This document shows, in pieces, positions 27,119 to 37,439 of a DNA stretch of 64,000 bases (its first letter is position 1; each line of letters opens with the position of its first letter). Origin of the DNA: Bdellovibrionota bacterium. GTDB taxonomy: Bacteria > Bdellovibrionota_C > UBA2361 > OMII01. The stretch is taken from the NCBI GenBank assembly GCA_044360075.1, contig JBIKLA010000011.1, forward strand, positions 26,668-90,667, in the 5' to 3' direction. The translations under genes and the position numbers were made by a program. The notes below the pieces were generated by a model that was not told the DNA's origin, ran no database searches, and was given only the letters and a program-made list of their open reading frames with translations.

Positions 27119-27916
27119 TTAACCTGAGGCTCCACGCAACACGTCAGTGAAGGGCCCCTTGGAGCCCTCCTTCTTCAATTTGGCAGTAAGGGTCTTGAGC
27201 CCAGGGCGAACCTTCGGCAAGGGCGCTGGCTTGCCCATCGCCATGCTCTTCTGCAGGTAGGCGATCAGGACCTTGTGCTCACGCATCACGTTAAGCCCGT
27301 CCGTATCCCACTCCGTGGCGACCGTGCGCAAGGACAGCCCATCCCAGTAAACCTTGTACAGGAGCCACTGGTGGAGGGGCTCAAGCGAGGCCATGACCCC
27401 CACCATTCGACGGTAATCGATGAGATCATCTGGAAGGGGATCCGTAGCAACTGCCTGCCTCGTCGCCACGATGCTGGCGCCAACGAGGAGTTCCCGGATC
27501 GCCGATCGCGTGTCGGAGTCGTCATTGCCGCTCGATTCATGCACCGGCAGCCGCCCGTCGCGAAGCTCTGGGAAAACCCCATAGAGCTCTGCAGATATCT
27601 CTCGGGCCTTGGCCTCGGGGGAGCCCTTGCTGGAGCTGCGCGTCCAGCCCTTGGACTTTCGGGCGGCATCAGTGGAAGCCTCGTGAATTCGCTTGCGGGC
27701 GTATCCCTTAAAGGGGATGCCCCGGCTGGGATCAAAGCGTCGGGAGCAGAAGATCAGGGCCTCCATAGCCGCGCCGTCCAGACCATCGAGGCGCCAATCG
27801 AGGTTCCATGACCGCGCCACGGAACGGGCTATGCTTTCAGCCCAGCCGTGGTGCTCGACCACCAGGTTGTTTGCATCCTCTTCTGATAGCCTCTGGCGCT
27901 CAGTCGCACTTCCCAT
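27119..27916 (-). CDS. sigma-70-family sigma factor, group 3 (FliA/sigma-28-like)
   Basis: Region 2 (FDPSRGIPFKGYARKRIHEA) and region 4 helix-turn-helix (LYKVYWDGLSLRTVA); 265 aa. Confidence 0.7.
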   Translation of the reverse strand: MGSATERQRLSEEDANNLVVEHHGWAESIARSVARSWNLDWRLDGLDGAAMEALIFCSRRFDPSRGIPFKGYARKRIHEASTDAARKSKGWTRSSSKGSPEAKAREISAELYGVFPELRDGRLPVHESSGNDDSDTRSAIRELLVGASIVATRQAVATDPLPDDLIDYRRMVGVMASLEPLHQWLLYKVYWDGLSLRTVATEWDTDGLNVMREHKVLIAYLQKSMAMGKPAPLPKVRPGLKTLTAKLKKEGSKGPFTDVLRGASG

Positions 27917-28168
27917 GATTCCCCCTGCGGAGGGCCGTCCCGTTAGACTGCTGCATCTCCACCTTCCAAGATTCCTATCGGCTTAATTCACCAAAAACCT
28001 TAAGCACTTATCTCTCTATCATAGGGGCAAGTAGCAGTTTTTCCAAATACTTATCTTTTTTTAGAAGCACTTATTAATTCCTCGCAGATGAGGGGGTGAA
28101 CGTGCGGTTCGCTCAAATGACCGCATGAACGGTTTTAGCGGGACACACACCACATCGCGAGGAAAACA

Positions 28169-29059
28169 ATGAAGGCATCTCCAGTAACGGCAACGAAGGC
28201 AAAGGTCAGCAACAAGCCATCCAAGAAGCTGGCCGGCCCGGACCGCAATTCCAAGAGCCCTGGAAAGCTCAAGCTCGTAAAGCCGGCGAAGACTGAGGGG
28301 GACGGCGCTCCGACTCCGCTTCAGCAAGAGGCCCTGATCATCAAGTACCGACTCAAGGCGCAAAAGCTCGGCCGCAGCATCATGCGCCGCTGGCATGCGC
28401 GCATGGACCTCGACGAGGTGGACAGCCTCGTAGACCTGTCCCTGTGTGAGGCCGTCAAGCGCTTCAATCCCACCAAGGGAGCGAGCTTTATGACCTTCCT
28501 GTTCTACCACCTCAAGGGAAACCTTGTTCGCTCCGTTGCTGCAGCCGCAGCCGCAAACTCGCTCCCGACCGGGCTCCTCGATGATGAGGGTAGCCCGCGC
28601 GGCATGGGAGATATGATGGGCGAGCTCCAGCTGCGCAGCATCAACTCTACCGAGATCGCGGAGGCGGTAACGAGCCAGGACTCGCCGACACCAGACGAGG
28701 CCCTGTGGCGCAAGCAGCTCCACAGCCAAAGCTCACTGGCGTGCGAGAAGCTCGACCCGCTTGAGCGGGAGATCATCAAGCGTATCTTCATCCAGGAGCA
28801 GCAGATTATGGATATCGCAGCCTCCCTCGGGTACAGCCGCTGCCACATCTCGCGAGTAAAGAAGAAGGCGCTGGAGACTCTCTACGACGAGCTGCGCGGT
28901 TCGATGAATAATGATGACCTCGGACAGCGCCCGTCCTTTGAGGACGATAGCGAGGAGGAGGTCGACCAGCGCATCGCTTGCCGCAAGACCATTCACCGCC
29001 GCCGGCCGCGATCGCGCGCCAAGCGGATCCAGGAGTTCGTCCCGGCTGAAGCGGCTTAA
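28169..29059 (+). CDS. sigma-70-family sigma factor, group 3 (FliA/WhiG-like) with a basic N-terminal extension
   Basis: Region 2 (EAVKRFNPTKGASFMTFLFYHLKGNLVRS) and region 4 (LDPLEREIIKRIFIQEQQIMDIAASLGYSRCHISRVKKKALETL). Confidence 0.7.
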   Translation: MKASPVTATKAKVSNKPSKKLAGPDRNSKSPGKLKLVKPAKTEGDGAPTPLQQEALIIKYRLKAQKLGRSIMRRWHARMDLDEVDSLVDLSLCEAVKRFNPTKGASFMTFLFYHLKGNLVRSVAAAAAANSLPTGLLDDEGSPRGMGDMMGELQLRSINSTEIAEAVTSQDSPTPDEALWRKQLHSQSSLACEKLDPLEREIIKRIFIQEQQIMDIAASLGYSRCHISRVKKKALETLYDELRGSMNNDDLGQRPSFEDDSEEEVDQRIACRKTIHRRRPRSRAKRIQEFVPAEAA

Positions 29060-29112
29060 CGAAAAGCTCAGCCCCCTACAAAAGCTCCCCCGGAGAAGGA
29101 AGGCCACAACGC

Positions 29113-29790
29113 CTACTTCACTCGGGGGAGCTGTTTGCTTGTTTGGAGGACTTTCGGGATTACGATGACGTGTCGCTCGATGTCACTGCCCGGAAGTACG
29201 CAGGCGTGAACCGACGGAGCGCCGCCCCCAAGGTCCCGCAGGAGTCCCTCAGTTCCCGCCATCTCGTCCTCGTAGCCGCTGCCCTTCAGCGCAACGGCAA
29301 CCCCGCCCACCCGGACGAGCGGCAGCATCCACTCGATCAGGACGGGGAATCCCGCCACTGCCCGCGATGTGACGACGTCATAATGCTCACGGTGCTCTGC
29401 CGAGTGGGCCAGCATCTCAGCCCTTCCGTGGATGCCGGAAAGATTGGCGAGACCACAGCTCCGCCCAGTGTCGCTAGCAAAGCGCACCTTTTTTGCCGTT
29501 GAGTCGAGCAGGGTCACGTGGCTGTCGGGCCGGAGTGCAGCGATGGGAATTCCCGGAAAGCCTGCCCCCGTGCCGATATCGATGATAGAGAGGCCAGCGC
29601 CCTTCGGGATTACCTGCAGCGCAACAAGCGAGTCGAGCAGATGCAGCCGCACAAAATCGCTACGCGGAATGCGCGTGAGGTTAAACGACTGGTTGGTGCG
29701 GTCGAGGTACTCAAGGTATGTGAGCATGGCATCGACCTGCTCATCAGAGGCCGAGAGGCCAAGCGCCTCAATACCTTGCTGCAGCTCCAT
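29113..29790 (-). CDS. rsmG: 16S rRNA (guanine527-N7)-methyltransferase RsmG/GidB
   Basis: GidB motifs (LSIIDIGTGAGFPGIPIA, LLDSTAKKVRF). The start is taken at MELQQG; the ORF track extends further upstream. Confidence 0.85.
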   Translation of the reverse strand: MELQQGIEALGLSASDEQVDAMLTYLEYLDRTNQSFNLTRIPRSDFVRLHLLDSLVALQVIPKGAGLSIIDIGTGAGFPGIPIAALRPDSHVTLLDSTAKKVRFASDTGRSCGLANLSGIHGRAEMLAHSAEHREHYDVVTSRAVAGFPVLIEWMLPLVRVGGVAVALKGSGYEDEMAGTEGLLRDLGGGAPSVHACVLPGSDIERHVIVIPKVLQTSKQLPRVK

Positions 29791-29801
29791 GCGCTCCTCA
29801 C

Positions 29802-31028
29802 TCACGTGATCCTCTCCGCAATAACAGCCCACGGCTTGCCCTGCCACGGCAGCAGGAAGACTACCCCGAATGGGCTCTCGTGAGAATGATCAGGCAGCTT
29901 CATCTCAGCCCGCACTGCCTCGGGGTCAAGCGGTACGGCGCGCTTCTTGAATTCGGTTCGATTGCTCCAGCGCAGCATCCCCAACGCGGCCTTAAGCTGC
30001 TTGGGCTGAAGGGGAATAGCGGAAAGAATTAAGAAGCGGGAGAGGAACGGGGAGGGGGCGGGCAAACGGCTCGCTATGCCGTACGCCACATCGGGCGCAA
30101 CACAAGCGATGCCGAGCCCAGCAAAAAACGACTGCAGGTGTTGCGAGCGATTCATGACAGCATGAGCCTCGCAGATATATCCCTCAAGAGCCTGTGCCTC
30201 GGCCGGCTCAGGCTGCAACGCAGGAGGAGCCCAAGCCGCATCAATATCAGCCAGTAGCACGCTTGAGTCCACCACATCGGTGCCGAACCACAGCGTCTGC
30301 TCAAGGCATTCAGCTCCCACGCCAACGAACTGCCGAGCGCATCCCTGCGGTAGCGGCTCCACGAAGAGGCCCGGACTCACCTTAATGGCCCTCACCCCTT
30401 TAACCTGAAGACCCAAAACCCACGAAAGGGGCGGGGAGTATTCCTCGGCATCCTTGACCCGCTGGCCCGCCCTTGAGCGGCGGGCAGGATCCGCAAAGAG
30501 GGCATCGCAGGAAGCCACGATGGCAGGGAGGAGCTCTTGGGCATCCCCGGTCTGGAAGGTCACGTTTGTGATTCCAAGCAGCTGAAGGTTCCGGCGAGCC
30601 AGCTCAGTTGTCGCCGCATCGGCGTCAATAGTCGTTACGTGGGCAGACACCCGCGCCAAGGCCGCCGTGTCGCAGCCTGAGCCGGTCCCGATCTCAAGCA
30701 CGTGGCGGCTCCCCGCGAAGCGCCGTGCCCGACACGCGGCGACGGCCGCACGGGAGGCCTGCTGCAGCACCCCCAGCGAGAAGTATCCCTGAGAGGCCCA
30801 AGCACCGAGCTTCTCGGGCGCAAGAGACCTCGCCGAAAATATCTCGGCGGCGAGGCTCAGGCTTTCCGGGCTCGCGTGCGGGAACCTCTTCTTAAGCTTA
30901 AGCACAAGCGCCGGGAGCTCATAGCAGCCGGGCAACTCCCCAAGAAACGAGAGCGCAGATTCAAGCATGTCGGGGTCTATGTGATGGGATTGTCCCACGA
31001 GGTCTCCGAATTCGGGCGTGTACCACAT
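29802..31028 (-). CDS. class I SAM-dependent methyltransferase with an N-terminal extension
   Basis: SAM-binding motif I (VLEIGTGSGCDTAAL) and post-I acidic residue (TTIDAD). Confidence 0.65.
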   Translation of the reverse strand: MWYTPEFGDLVGQSHHIDPDMLESALSFLGELPGCYELPALVLKLKKRFPHASPESLSLAAEIFSARSLAPEKLGAWASQGYFSLGVLQQASRAAVAACRARRFAGSRHVLEIGTGSGCDTAALARVSAHVTTIDADAATTELARRNLQLLGITNVTFQTGDAQELLPAIVASCDALFADPARRSRAGQRVKDAEEYSPPLSWVLGLQVKGVRAIKVSPGLFVEPLPQGCARQFVGVGAECLEQTLWFGTDVVDSSVLLADIDAAWAPPALQPEPAEAQALEGYICEAHAVMNRSQHLQSFFAGLGIACVAPDVAYGIASRLPAPSPFLSRFLILSAIPLQPKQLKAALGMLRWSNRTEFKKRAVPLDPEAVRAEMKLPDHSHESPFGVVFLLPWQGKPWAVIAERIT

Positions 31029-31079
31029 TGTGCTGGAGTTTAGGGGCTCGATGCAACCCAGCAGCGTCGGACAGACGAC

Positions 31080-32000
31080 TTACTGAAGAGCGCTCTTGGT
31101 GACTGGAAGCTTGGCCCAAGTCTTGAGGCTGTCGCCAAGCTTTTCCTCGAATTCCTCCAGCGAAAGGCCGAAGGTCACCTCGAATGCGAGTGGCTTCTCG
31201 ACCCCCTTTCTCAGCAGGGCCAGGTATGCCCCGATCTTCCTGAAGCCGAACGCCTGAATCATCGCCTTGCTGGCAAGCAGCGACTCGGCATACGCAGAGG
31301 GGACCATCGCCGGGTCGAGCTTGGTAAAGCCCCCTTGCAGCAAGTTGAGCGGCACGGGCTCGTTCTTTTGGAGCCACTTGCGGAGCGCCTCACGCAGGGC
31401 CGGGTGTTCGTAGCCCTCCGCCCACTGGGCGACGCCCTCATCAAGCCACCCCGGTATCTGCCCGCCCGACATGGACGACAGCACAGCGTGAGTGAATTCG
31501 TGCTTTACCGAGCGCTGCAGGTTCTCGAGATCGACCGGCTGGGTTTCGGAGAGCGGGATTATAATCTCGCCCCTGAAAAACATCGCATTCGTCCACGATG
31601 GCGCTCCCGTCAGCTCATAGAATGCCTGCTCATCCATCAGGCGAATAGAGCTCTTGAAAGCGGGAATGTCAGAGAAGAGGGCAGTATACTCATCATGCGC
31701 GTCGTGCAGCGACTGCGCGAGATCTTCGGCAAGGTCAGACCAGCGAGAAGGAGAGATGAGAGTCAGCTTGCTGCCGTTCGACAGGTCCATCGGTGTAAAG
31801 CGCAGCGTGCTACCTTGCTCATCGGGCGCCGCATAGCGGGCGCGTTCGCGCGGCTTCGTGTCTGCAAACGCCAAACTGACATACAGCAAGATGCCGAGCG
31901 CAAGCGATAGGGAAACCGTTCGTAGGGCGCTGACAATATGCGGAGCCTGAAGCCAACGTTGCATCAAAACCTCTCTAAACGTGGGGAATGGAGGCTCCAA
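31080..32000 (-). CDS. membrane-anchored zincin-like peptidase (peptidase-MA-like, HExxH)
   Basis: HEFTH...E zinc-binding arrangement (VKHEFTHAVLS...WLDEGVAQWAEG) and an N-terminal TM/signal segment. Confidence 0.55.
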   Translation of the reverse strand: MEPPFPTFREVLMQRWLQAPHIVSALRTVSLSLALGILLYVSLAFADTKPRERARYAAPDEQGSTLRFTPMDLSNGSKLTLISPSRWSDLAEDLAQSLHDAHDEYTALFSDIPAFKSSIRLMDEQAFYELTGAPSWTNAMFFRGEIIIPLSETQPVDLENLQRSVKHEFTHAVLSSMSGGQIPGWLDEGVAQWAEGYEHPALREALRKWLQKNEPVPLNLLQGGFTKLDPAMVPSAYAESLLASKAMIQAFGFRKIGAYLALLRKGVEKPLAFEVTFGLSLEEFEEKLGDSLKTWAKLPVTKSALQ

Positions 32001-32304
32001 GAAACGGCTTACTACTGGAGAGCAAGCATCCCTTCCTTAGGGTTTGTTTCGGCTTTTCAGGCAGAAAACATGAGTCGCGATCTGTTCTCCCGAGCGGCGC
32101 GGAAGCGGCATATTCTGCCCTTTGCTCAAGCGGAATAGCGCCTAAGTCCCACAAACAGGTAGAAGATTGCCGCTGCGAGCTTGTTATCAGGGCCTTTTCT
32201 TCAGTATACTAGGGGTCTTACATGGGCACTCGCCGACCCCTAGCAGACGTCAGGTGATTGGTGGCCCGAGGAAGCATTAACTTGAAACGAACAAGGAACA
32301 CGTT

Positions 32305-32718
32305 ATGAGTGCAAGCGCTGGTTCATGTGGTAGCGGCTGCGGACCGAAGAATGTTACGGCTCAGCTTAACGAAGACTTTAGCCCAACAGATACTCAACCG
32401 GTCCTGTTCACCCCCTCGGCGGTAGAGGCGGTTGCGAAGGCGATTAAAGATGAGGGAGAGCCCGGTGACTTCCTTCGCATTTCTGTTGTCGGAGGCGGAT
32501 GCTCCGGTTACCAGTACGGCCTCGACTTCGACAAGGAAGAAAGGTTGGGCGACATCTCGATGCAGTTCGAGGAGGTTAAGGTGGTCGTTGATCCGGTGAG
32601 CGCAGGCTACCTGCGTGGAACGGTCGTTGATTACGTGACCGGACTGCAGGGCACGGGCTTCCAGTTCAAGAACCCAAACGCCAAGCGCACGTGCGGCTGC
32701 GGTAGCTCATTTAGCTAA
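32305..32718 (+). CDS. HesB/IscA-family iron-sulfur cluster insertion protein with a Cys-rich N-terminal extension
   Basis: The three conserved cysteines of the IscA/ErpA family (GGGCSG...TCGCGSSF) at the C-terminus. Confidence 0.8.
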   Translation: MSASAGSCGSGCGPKNVTAQLNEDFSPTDTQPVLFTPSAVEAVAKAIKDEGEPGDFLRISVVGGGCSGYQYGLDFDKEERLGDISMQFEEVKVVVDPVSAGYLRGTVVDYVTGLQGTGFQFKNPNAKRTCGCGSSFS

Positions 32719-32867
32719 GCCGCTAAAGAGGTTAGTCATGAAGCGCCGGGGGACGATTACTCTTCCTCCGGCGCTTTTTATTGCGCCGCGTGCGCTAGGG
32801 GCACATTTCGGATAGCTCTTGCTTGAGGGGCTTGCCTCGCGGAAACTTGCAGTGAACCAAAACTAAG

Positions 32868-33380
32868 GTGCTCTCTGCCATGAGACATATCGCTTTTCTT
32901 GCCGTCATCATTCTCGCATCGGCGTGCGCTTCGAAAGCGCCCCGCTCGGGCTCAATCGCAGACGTTGTGGGCGCCACTGACGCCAACCTCGAGAGCGAAG
33001 CTACAGCGGTCGAGCTGGAGCGTGACGAGATCCTTCGAAGCCCGCTTGAGTTTGATGTGTCGATCGACGATGACCGCTACTCGTGGGAGCGCACAACCCT
33101 CTTCCTCGAAAACTACGTCGACCCCGCTCGGGCGCCACTGCGGCCGATCACCAAGGTCATAGGCTCCCGCTGGGGATTGGCGAGCCCGCCTGTTCAAGGG
33201 GGGTTGGTCTACGAGGTGTGGAGAGAGGAGATTCCCGAGGGCTTCCACTACAAGGTGCAGTGCCTTGTCAGTGGCACAGCGTCTCCTCAGCAGGCGCGCC
33301 TAAACGCCGCCAACCTGGCCCGCTTTATCAGGGACGGAAAGCTTGAGGTATCGCTCCTCCCCGGGAACACCCCGCGATAG
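32868..33380 (+). CDS. lipoprotein of unknown function
   Basis: Signal peptide with lipobox (VIILASAC). Confidence 0.5.
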   Translation: MLSAMRHIAFLAVIILASACASKAPRSGSIADVVGATDANLESEATAVELERDEILRSPLEFDVSIDDDRYSWERTTLFLENYVDPARAPLRPITKVIGSRWGLASPPVQGGLVYEVWREEIPEGFHYKVQCLVSGTASPQQARLNAANLARFIRDGKLEVSLLPGNTPR

Positions 33381-33622
33381 GCCCACCGCACGAGGTGCCG
33401 CATCCTCGGGCCGCGGGGCTGCCCGGCCATACGAGCATCTCGTACATGGCTGCAGCATCAGGGCCTTAGCCTAGCATTGCGTGAGCGGGATCGCGCCACT
33501 ACCCGGCAAATCAGCACATAGCCCTTAAGTTCTGGCACTTAAAGGCCGATTGCTGCCTATGCGGCGGGTTACTAGACCCGATCACGCGGCCTCGATAGTG
33601 GGGCCGCAATCGAACGCTGGTA

Positions 33623-36052
33623 GTGTTGATGACTCAACGAGCGATGTGTTGCAATCGGTGCGCACTCTCTCTGCTCCTCGCAGCGGTGGCGGGCTGGCTT
33701 GCTGCCTCGACAGTCCCCGCTCTCGCTGAGCCACCGAAGGTCTTTCCGGGCGAGTATGTAGTTACGCTTCCGTCGAGTCAGGGACACGCCGGCGCCTTCT
33801 CTCTGGCCGCAAGCCCCTCATTCAGCTCCAGGGTGGGAGACGTCGTCGAGGTAATTAACGCAAAGACCTTAAAAGTCTCCGTGGCTGAGCCCCAAGGCGC
33901 AGCTCGCGCTCTTGATTCGGATTCCGGCGGCGCTATTCCGTATGACCCGCAGCAGGACCGCTGCAAGGATATCTTGGCGGAGGGCTTAGCAGAAACCTGC
34001 TCACCTAACTACCTCCTTAAGGCCTCGGAACTCATGCCCAACGATCCCTCCTTCGGCCAGCTATGGGGAATGTCAGATGCTCAGGGGATCTCAGCCCCCC
34101 GCGCCTGGAGCAGCTTCGTCGGCGCTTACGCCGTAGTTGTCGCAGTGATTGACACCGGCATCGACTACAACCATCCAGACCTCGTGGCAAACATGTGGCG
34201 CAATCCCGGCGAAAGCGCCGGCAACGGGGTTGACGATGACGGGAACGGCTACGTCGACGACGTGCACGGCATCAACGCGATTACCTCCGCGGCAAACCCA
34301 GGCAACCCCATGGATGATCACTTTCACGGCACTCACGTGGCCGGAACCCTAGGGGCTGTGGGAAACAACTCAAGAGGCGTCGCCGGGGTTAATCATCGGG
34401 TAAAAATCATGGCCGTGAAGTTTCTGTCGAGCAACGGTAGCGGAAGCCTCTCTGATGCGGTGCGGGGTATCGATTACATGACAATGATGAGGAGCTCCTA
34501 CGGGATTAACATCCGCGTGGCCAACAACTCATGGGGAGGAGGGGGCTACTCCGGAGCCCTTGAGCAGGCCATCGCCAGGGCCCGCGACGCGGGGATAGTC
34601 TTCGTCGCGGCTGCCGGCAATGACGGGATAGACACCGACGCCTCATCATCATACCCCTCCGGCTATGAGGTCGACAACGTAGTGTCCGTCGCCGCAATAG
34701 ACCGGAACCAGAACCTCGCGAAATTCTCTAATTACGGAGCCACGACCGTCGACATCGCGGCACCTGGTGTGGACATCCTGAGCACCGCCCCGGGTGGTGG
34801 CTATCAGAAGCTCTCCGGAACCTCGATGGCCACGCCGCATGTATCCGGAGCGCTCGCCCTGCTCCTCGGGCGAAATCCGGGGTTGAGCTACCTTCAGGCT
34901 ATTAACACAATGTACCTCTCAGGCCGGTATAGGGCATCCCTCGTCGAAACCAGCGGCGGGCTGCCGCTCGTGCGCACCCAGCGAGTCATCAACGCGGGCC
35001 GGATGATGTTTAATGAGACCGTTCCTCTGCCAACTCCGCCAGCCGCCCTGCAGCCTTGCGGATACGATTTCCGGGCGTCCAACCTGCTAACAAGCGGCAC
35101 GGTTGATACTTCGGCCGACAACGGACTCCTGGTAAACCAGTCAGACGAAGGGAACTTCTACAAGGTCGACCTGCCGTTCTCCTTCCCGTACTTCCGCGAG
35201 AGCGTAAATGCAATCTGGGTCTCTCCGAATGGCCTTGTGTACATGCAGCAGCCCTCGCTTATCGACTACCAGCATGGCATACGGGCGCCAAAGAATTCTA
35301 TCGCCGTGCTGCAGACTGACCTGGTTCCGCGCGACACAACCCAGGGTGTGCGGGTTGCAGTGGGGGCGGATAAGGTCACCGTAATGTGGAGGACCGAGCA
35401 TTACAGCTACCCGGGACAGGGGGTCATTGTCGCGCGGCTGACGATTAACTCAAGCGGCGTCATAGCAACGTCTCTCCACTTCGGCGATGACGGCAACCTG
35501 TCCGATCTACGGGCAAAGGTGGTCGGCGACCCCTTCGCAGCTCCTGCGGTTGAGCCGAAGGCCCTCATGGGCCTTTCAGGGCTGGCGTCGATGTTTTCGT
35601 CGACGGTAGACCTCGCAACGTCGCAACGGGCGCTCATTTCGGCTGCGCAGGAGCCGCTGGCACTCGGCGTGGAGATGACGACTAACTGCAAAACCATTCC
35701 GCCGACCGACCGGGGCGACCGCGAGGGGCCAGTGGTTTCCTGGATTACCATCTTCAAGGAGCCCAAGCGCAGGAAAGAGATACCTATCAACGTGGTTTTT
35801 GGCGCGACGGGAACCGGCGCTATTCCCGTTCGGTTTTCGATTAACAACGTGGCCTGCCGCCGCACCATCAGGGTACCGCTGCGCTCCGGAATCGGCCGCA
35901 TGACCGCCCGCATACCCCGAGGGGTGCAGTCTTTCGGGGTCAGCTCGGGCGCGGTTTCCAAGAAGACTGCCTTTGCCAGCAATCCGCCGGGGCGCACCAA
36001 ATACACAAATAGGGAGCTGTGCGAACTCACGCTCCAGACGATCGCGAAATAG
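33623..36052 (+). CDS. secreted subtilisin-like serine protease (peptidase S8) with a long C-terminal extension
   Basis: Catalytic triad blocks VAVIDTGIDYNHPDL (Asp), HGTHVAGT (His) and GTSMATPHVSGA (Ser), plus a signal peptide. Confidence 0.85.
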   Translation: MLMTQRAMCCNRCALSLLLAAVAGWLAASTVPALAEPPKVFPGEYVVTLPSSQGHAGAFSLAASPSFSSRVGDVVEVINAKTLKVSVAEPQGAARALDSDSGGAIPYDPQQDRCKDILAEGLAETCSPNYLLKASELMPNDPSFGQLWGMSDAQGISAPRAWSSFVGAYAVVVAVIDTGIDYNHPDLVANMWRNPGESAGNGVDDDGNGYVDDVHGINAITSAANPGNPMDDHFHGTHVAGTLGAVGNNSRGVAGVNHRVKIMAVKFLSSNGSGSLSDAVRGIDYMTMMRSSYGINIRVANNSWGGGGYSGALEQAIARARDAGIVFVAAAGNDGIDTDASSSYPSGYEVDNVVSVAAIDRNQNLAKFSNYGATTVDIAAPGVDILSTAPGGGYQKLSGTSMATPHVSGALALLLGRNPGLSYLQAINTMYLSGRYRASLVETSGGLPLVRTQRVINAGRMMFNETVPLPTPPAALQPCGYDFRASNLLTSGTVDTSADNGLLVNQSDEGNFYKVDLPFSFPYFRESVNAIWVSPNGLVYMQQPSLIDYQHGIRAPKNSIAVLQTDLVPRDTTQGVRVAVGADKVTVMWRTEHYSYPGQGVIVARLTINSSGVIATSLHFGDDGNLSDLRAKVVGDPFAAPAVEPKALMGLSGLASMFSSTVDLATSQRALISAAQEPLALGVEMTTNCKTIPPTDRGDREGPVVSWITIFKEPKRRKEIPINVVFGATGTGAIPVRFSINNVACRRTIRVPLRSGIGRMTARIPRGVQSFGVSSGAVSKKTAFASNPPGRTKYTNRELCELTLQTIAK

Positions 36053-36164
36053 CTCTGCGAACAATCATCGTCATTCGTGCTAGACGGGCAACGCAGTTCC
36101 CCCTGCCTACGGGGCGCCTCTCATGGTATGGAGGGCAGAAACACTACGGAGACACCACAGGCCT

Positions 36165-37439
36165 ATGCCAGAGATAGCAGCCCCATTCCATCCCGATCTC
36201 AAAGAGCAGCTCTTGCGCTATGCAACCCTGATCGCCGCCCACGGGCTCAATGTCCAGGAAGGGCAACTCGTGCAGGTCTCCAGCGAGGTCTTTCACCGCC
36301 CGCTCCTTGATGCCCTCGTCTCGGAGCTGTACCGGCGAGGAGCGGGATTCGTTCACGTTGAGCTCTCTGATCCGATCCTACAGCGGCGCCGCATTCAGGC
36401 CTCTAGGCCGGAATTTCTCTCTATGACCCCAGCCTTCTACACAGCCAAGTTTCGGGAGCTGGTGGATTGCACCGCCGCAAACCTCAAGATCCTGGGGCCA
36501 GAGTTCCCCACCTACCTGAGCGACCTCGACCCGATGGCGGTCAACGAGGTGCGCAAAGCCGCCTACCAAGCCGCCAAGCACTTCTACAGCGAGGGTATAG
36601 AGCGCTCCAAGGTGCACTGGTGCGTTGTTGCAGCCTCGACCCCGGGCTGGGCATCGCGAGTGTTTCCCAAGCTCCCTCTGGCGGAGGCCGAGACCCGGCT
36701 GTGGGAGGAGATATTCAGAATATGCCGGGTTGATAAGCCGGATTTCCTTGAGCGGTGGGCCCAGCACAACGAGGTGCTTAGCGTTCGGGCTCGGAAGCTT
36801 ACGGGCCTTAAGATATCGGAGCTCCGGTTCGTCGGTCCAGGCACCGACCTTACGGTGGGGCTCTCAAGCCGGGCGGTGTTCAAGGGGGGCGCAGACCGAA
36901 CTCCGCAGGGCACTAGCTTCGAGCCCAATCTGCCGACCGAAGAGTGCTTCACGACCCCGGACTGGCGCAGGACATCCGGAACGGTGCGGGCAACGCGCCC
37001 CTTTCTGGTAAACGGAACCCTCGTTAGGGAACTGGTGCTTCAGTTCAAGGATGGGGCGATATCTCACTTCGAGTGTCAGGAGGGCAAGGCTGCCCTCGAC
37101 TCGTACCTCAAGAGCGATGAAGGCGCCAAACGGTTGGGCGAGGTGGCTCTCGTGGGCACCGATTCGCCTGTATTTCAGAGTGGTTTGGTGTTTGAGGAGA
37201 TCCTCTTCGATGAGAATGCGGCGTGTCATATCGCGGTAGGCTCGGCGTATAAGGGATGCCTTCAGGGTGGCGAGACGATGAGCGACGCCGAATGCGTTGA
37301 AATCGGCTGTAACGCCAGCTCAGTCCACACCGACATCATGATCTCGTCAGAGGAGGTGGACGTATTTGCAAATCGTGCGTCGGGAGAGTCCCTGCAGCTC
37401 ATCTCAAAGGGGAGATGGAGCGGCGATTTCGCCCTCTGA
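36165..37439 (+). CDS. aminopeptidase, M29 (AmpS/PepS) family
   Basis: M29-family organisation and conserved C-terminal metal-site region (HIAVGSAY...VHTDIMIS). The ORF track opens at 36123. Confidence 0.65.
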   Translation: MPEIAAPFHPDLKEQLLRYATLIAAHGLNVQEGQLVQVSSEVFHRPLLDALVSELYRRGAGFVHVELSDPILQRRRIQASRPEFLSMTPAFYTAKFRELVDCTAANLKILGPEFPTYLSDLDPMAVNEVRKAAYQAAKHFYSEGIERSKVHWCVVAASTPGWASRVFPKLPLAEAETRLWEEIFRICRVDKPDFLERWAQHNEVLSVRARKLTGLKISELRFVGPGTDLTVGLSSRAVFKGGADRTPQGTSFEPNLPTEECFTTPDWRRTSGTVRATRPFLVNGTLVRELVLQFKDGAISHFECQEGKAALDSYLKSDEGAKRLGEVALVGTDSPVFQSGLVFEEILFDENAACHIAVGSAYKGCLQGGETMSDAECVEIGCNASSVHTDIMISSEEVDVFANRASGESLQLISKGRWSGDFAL

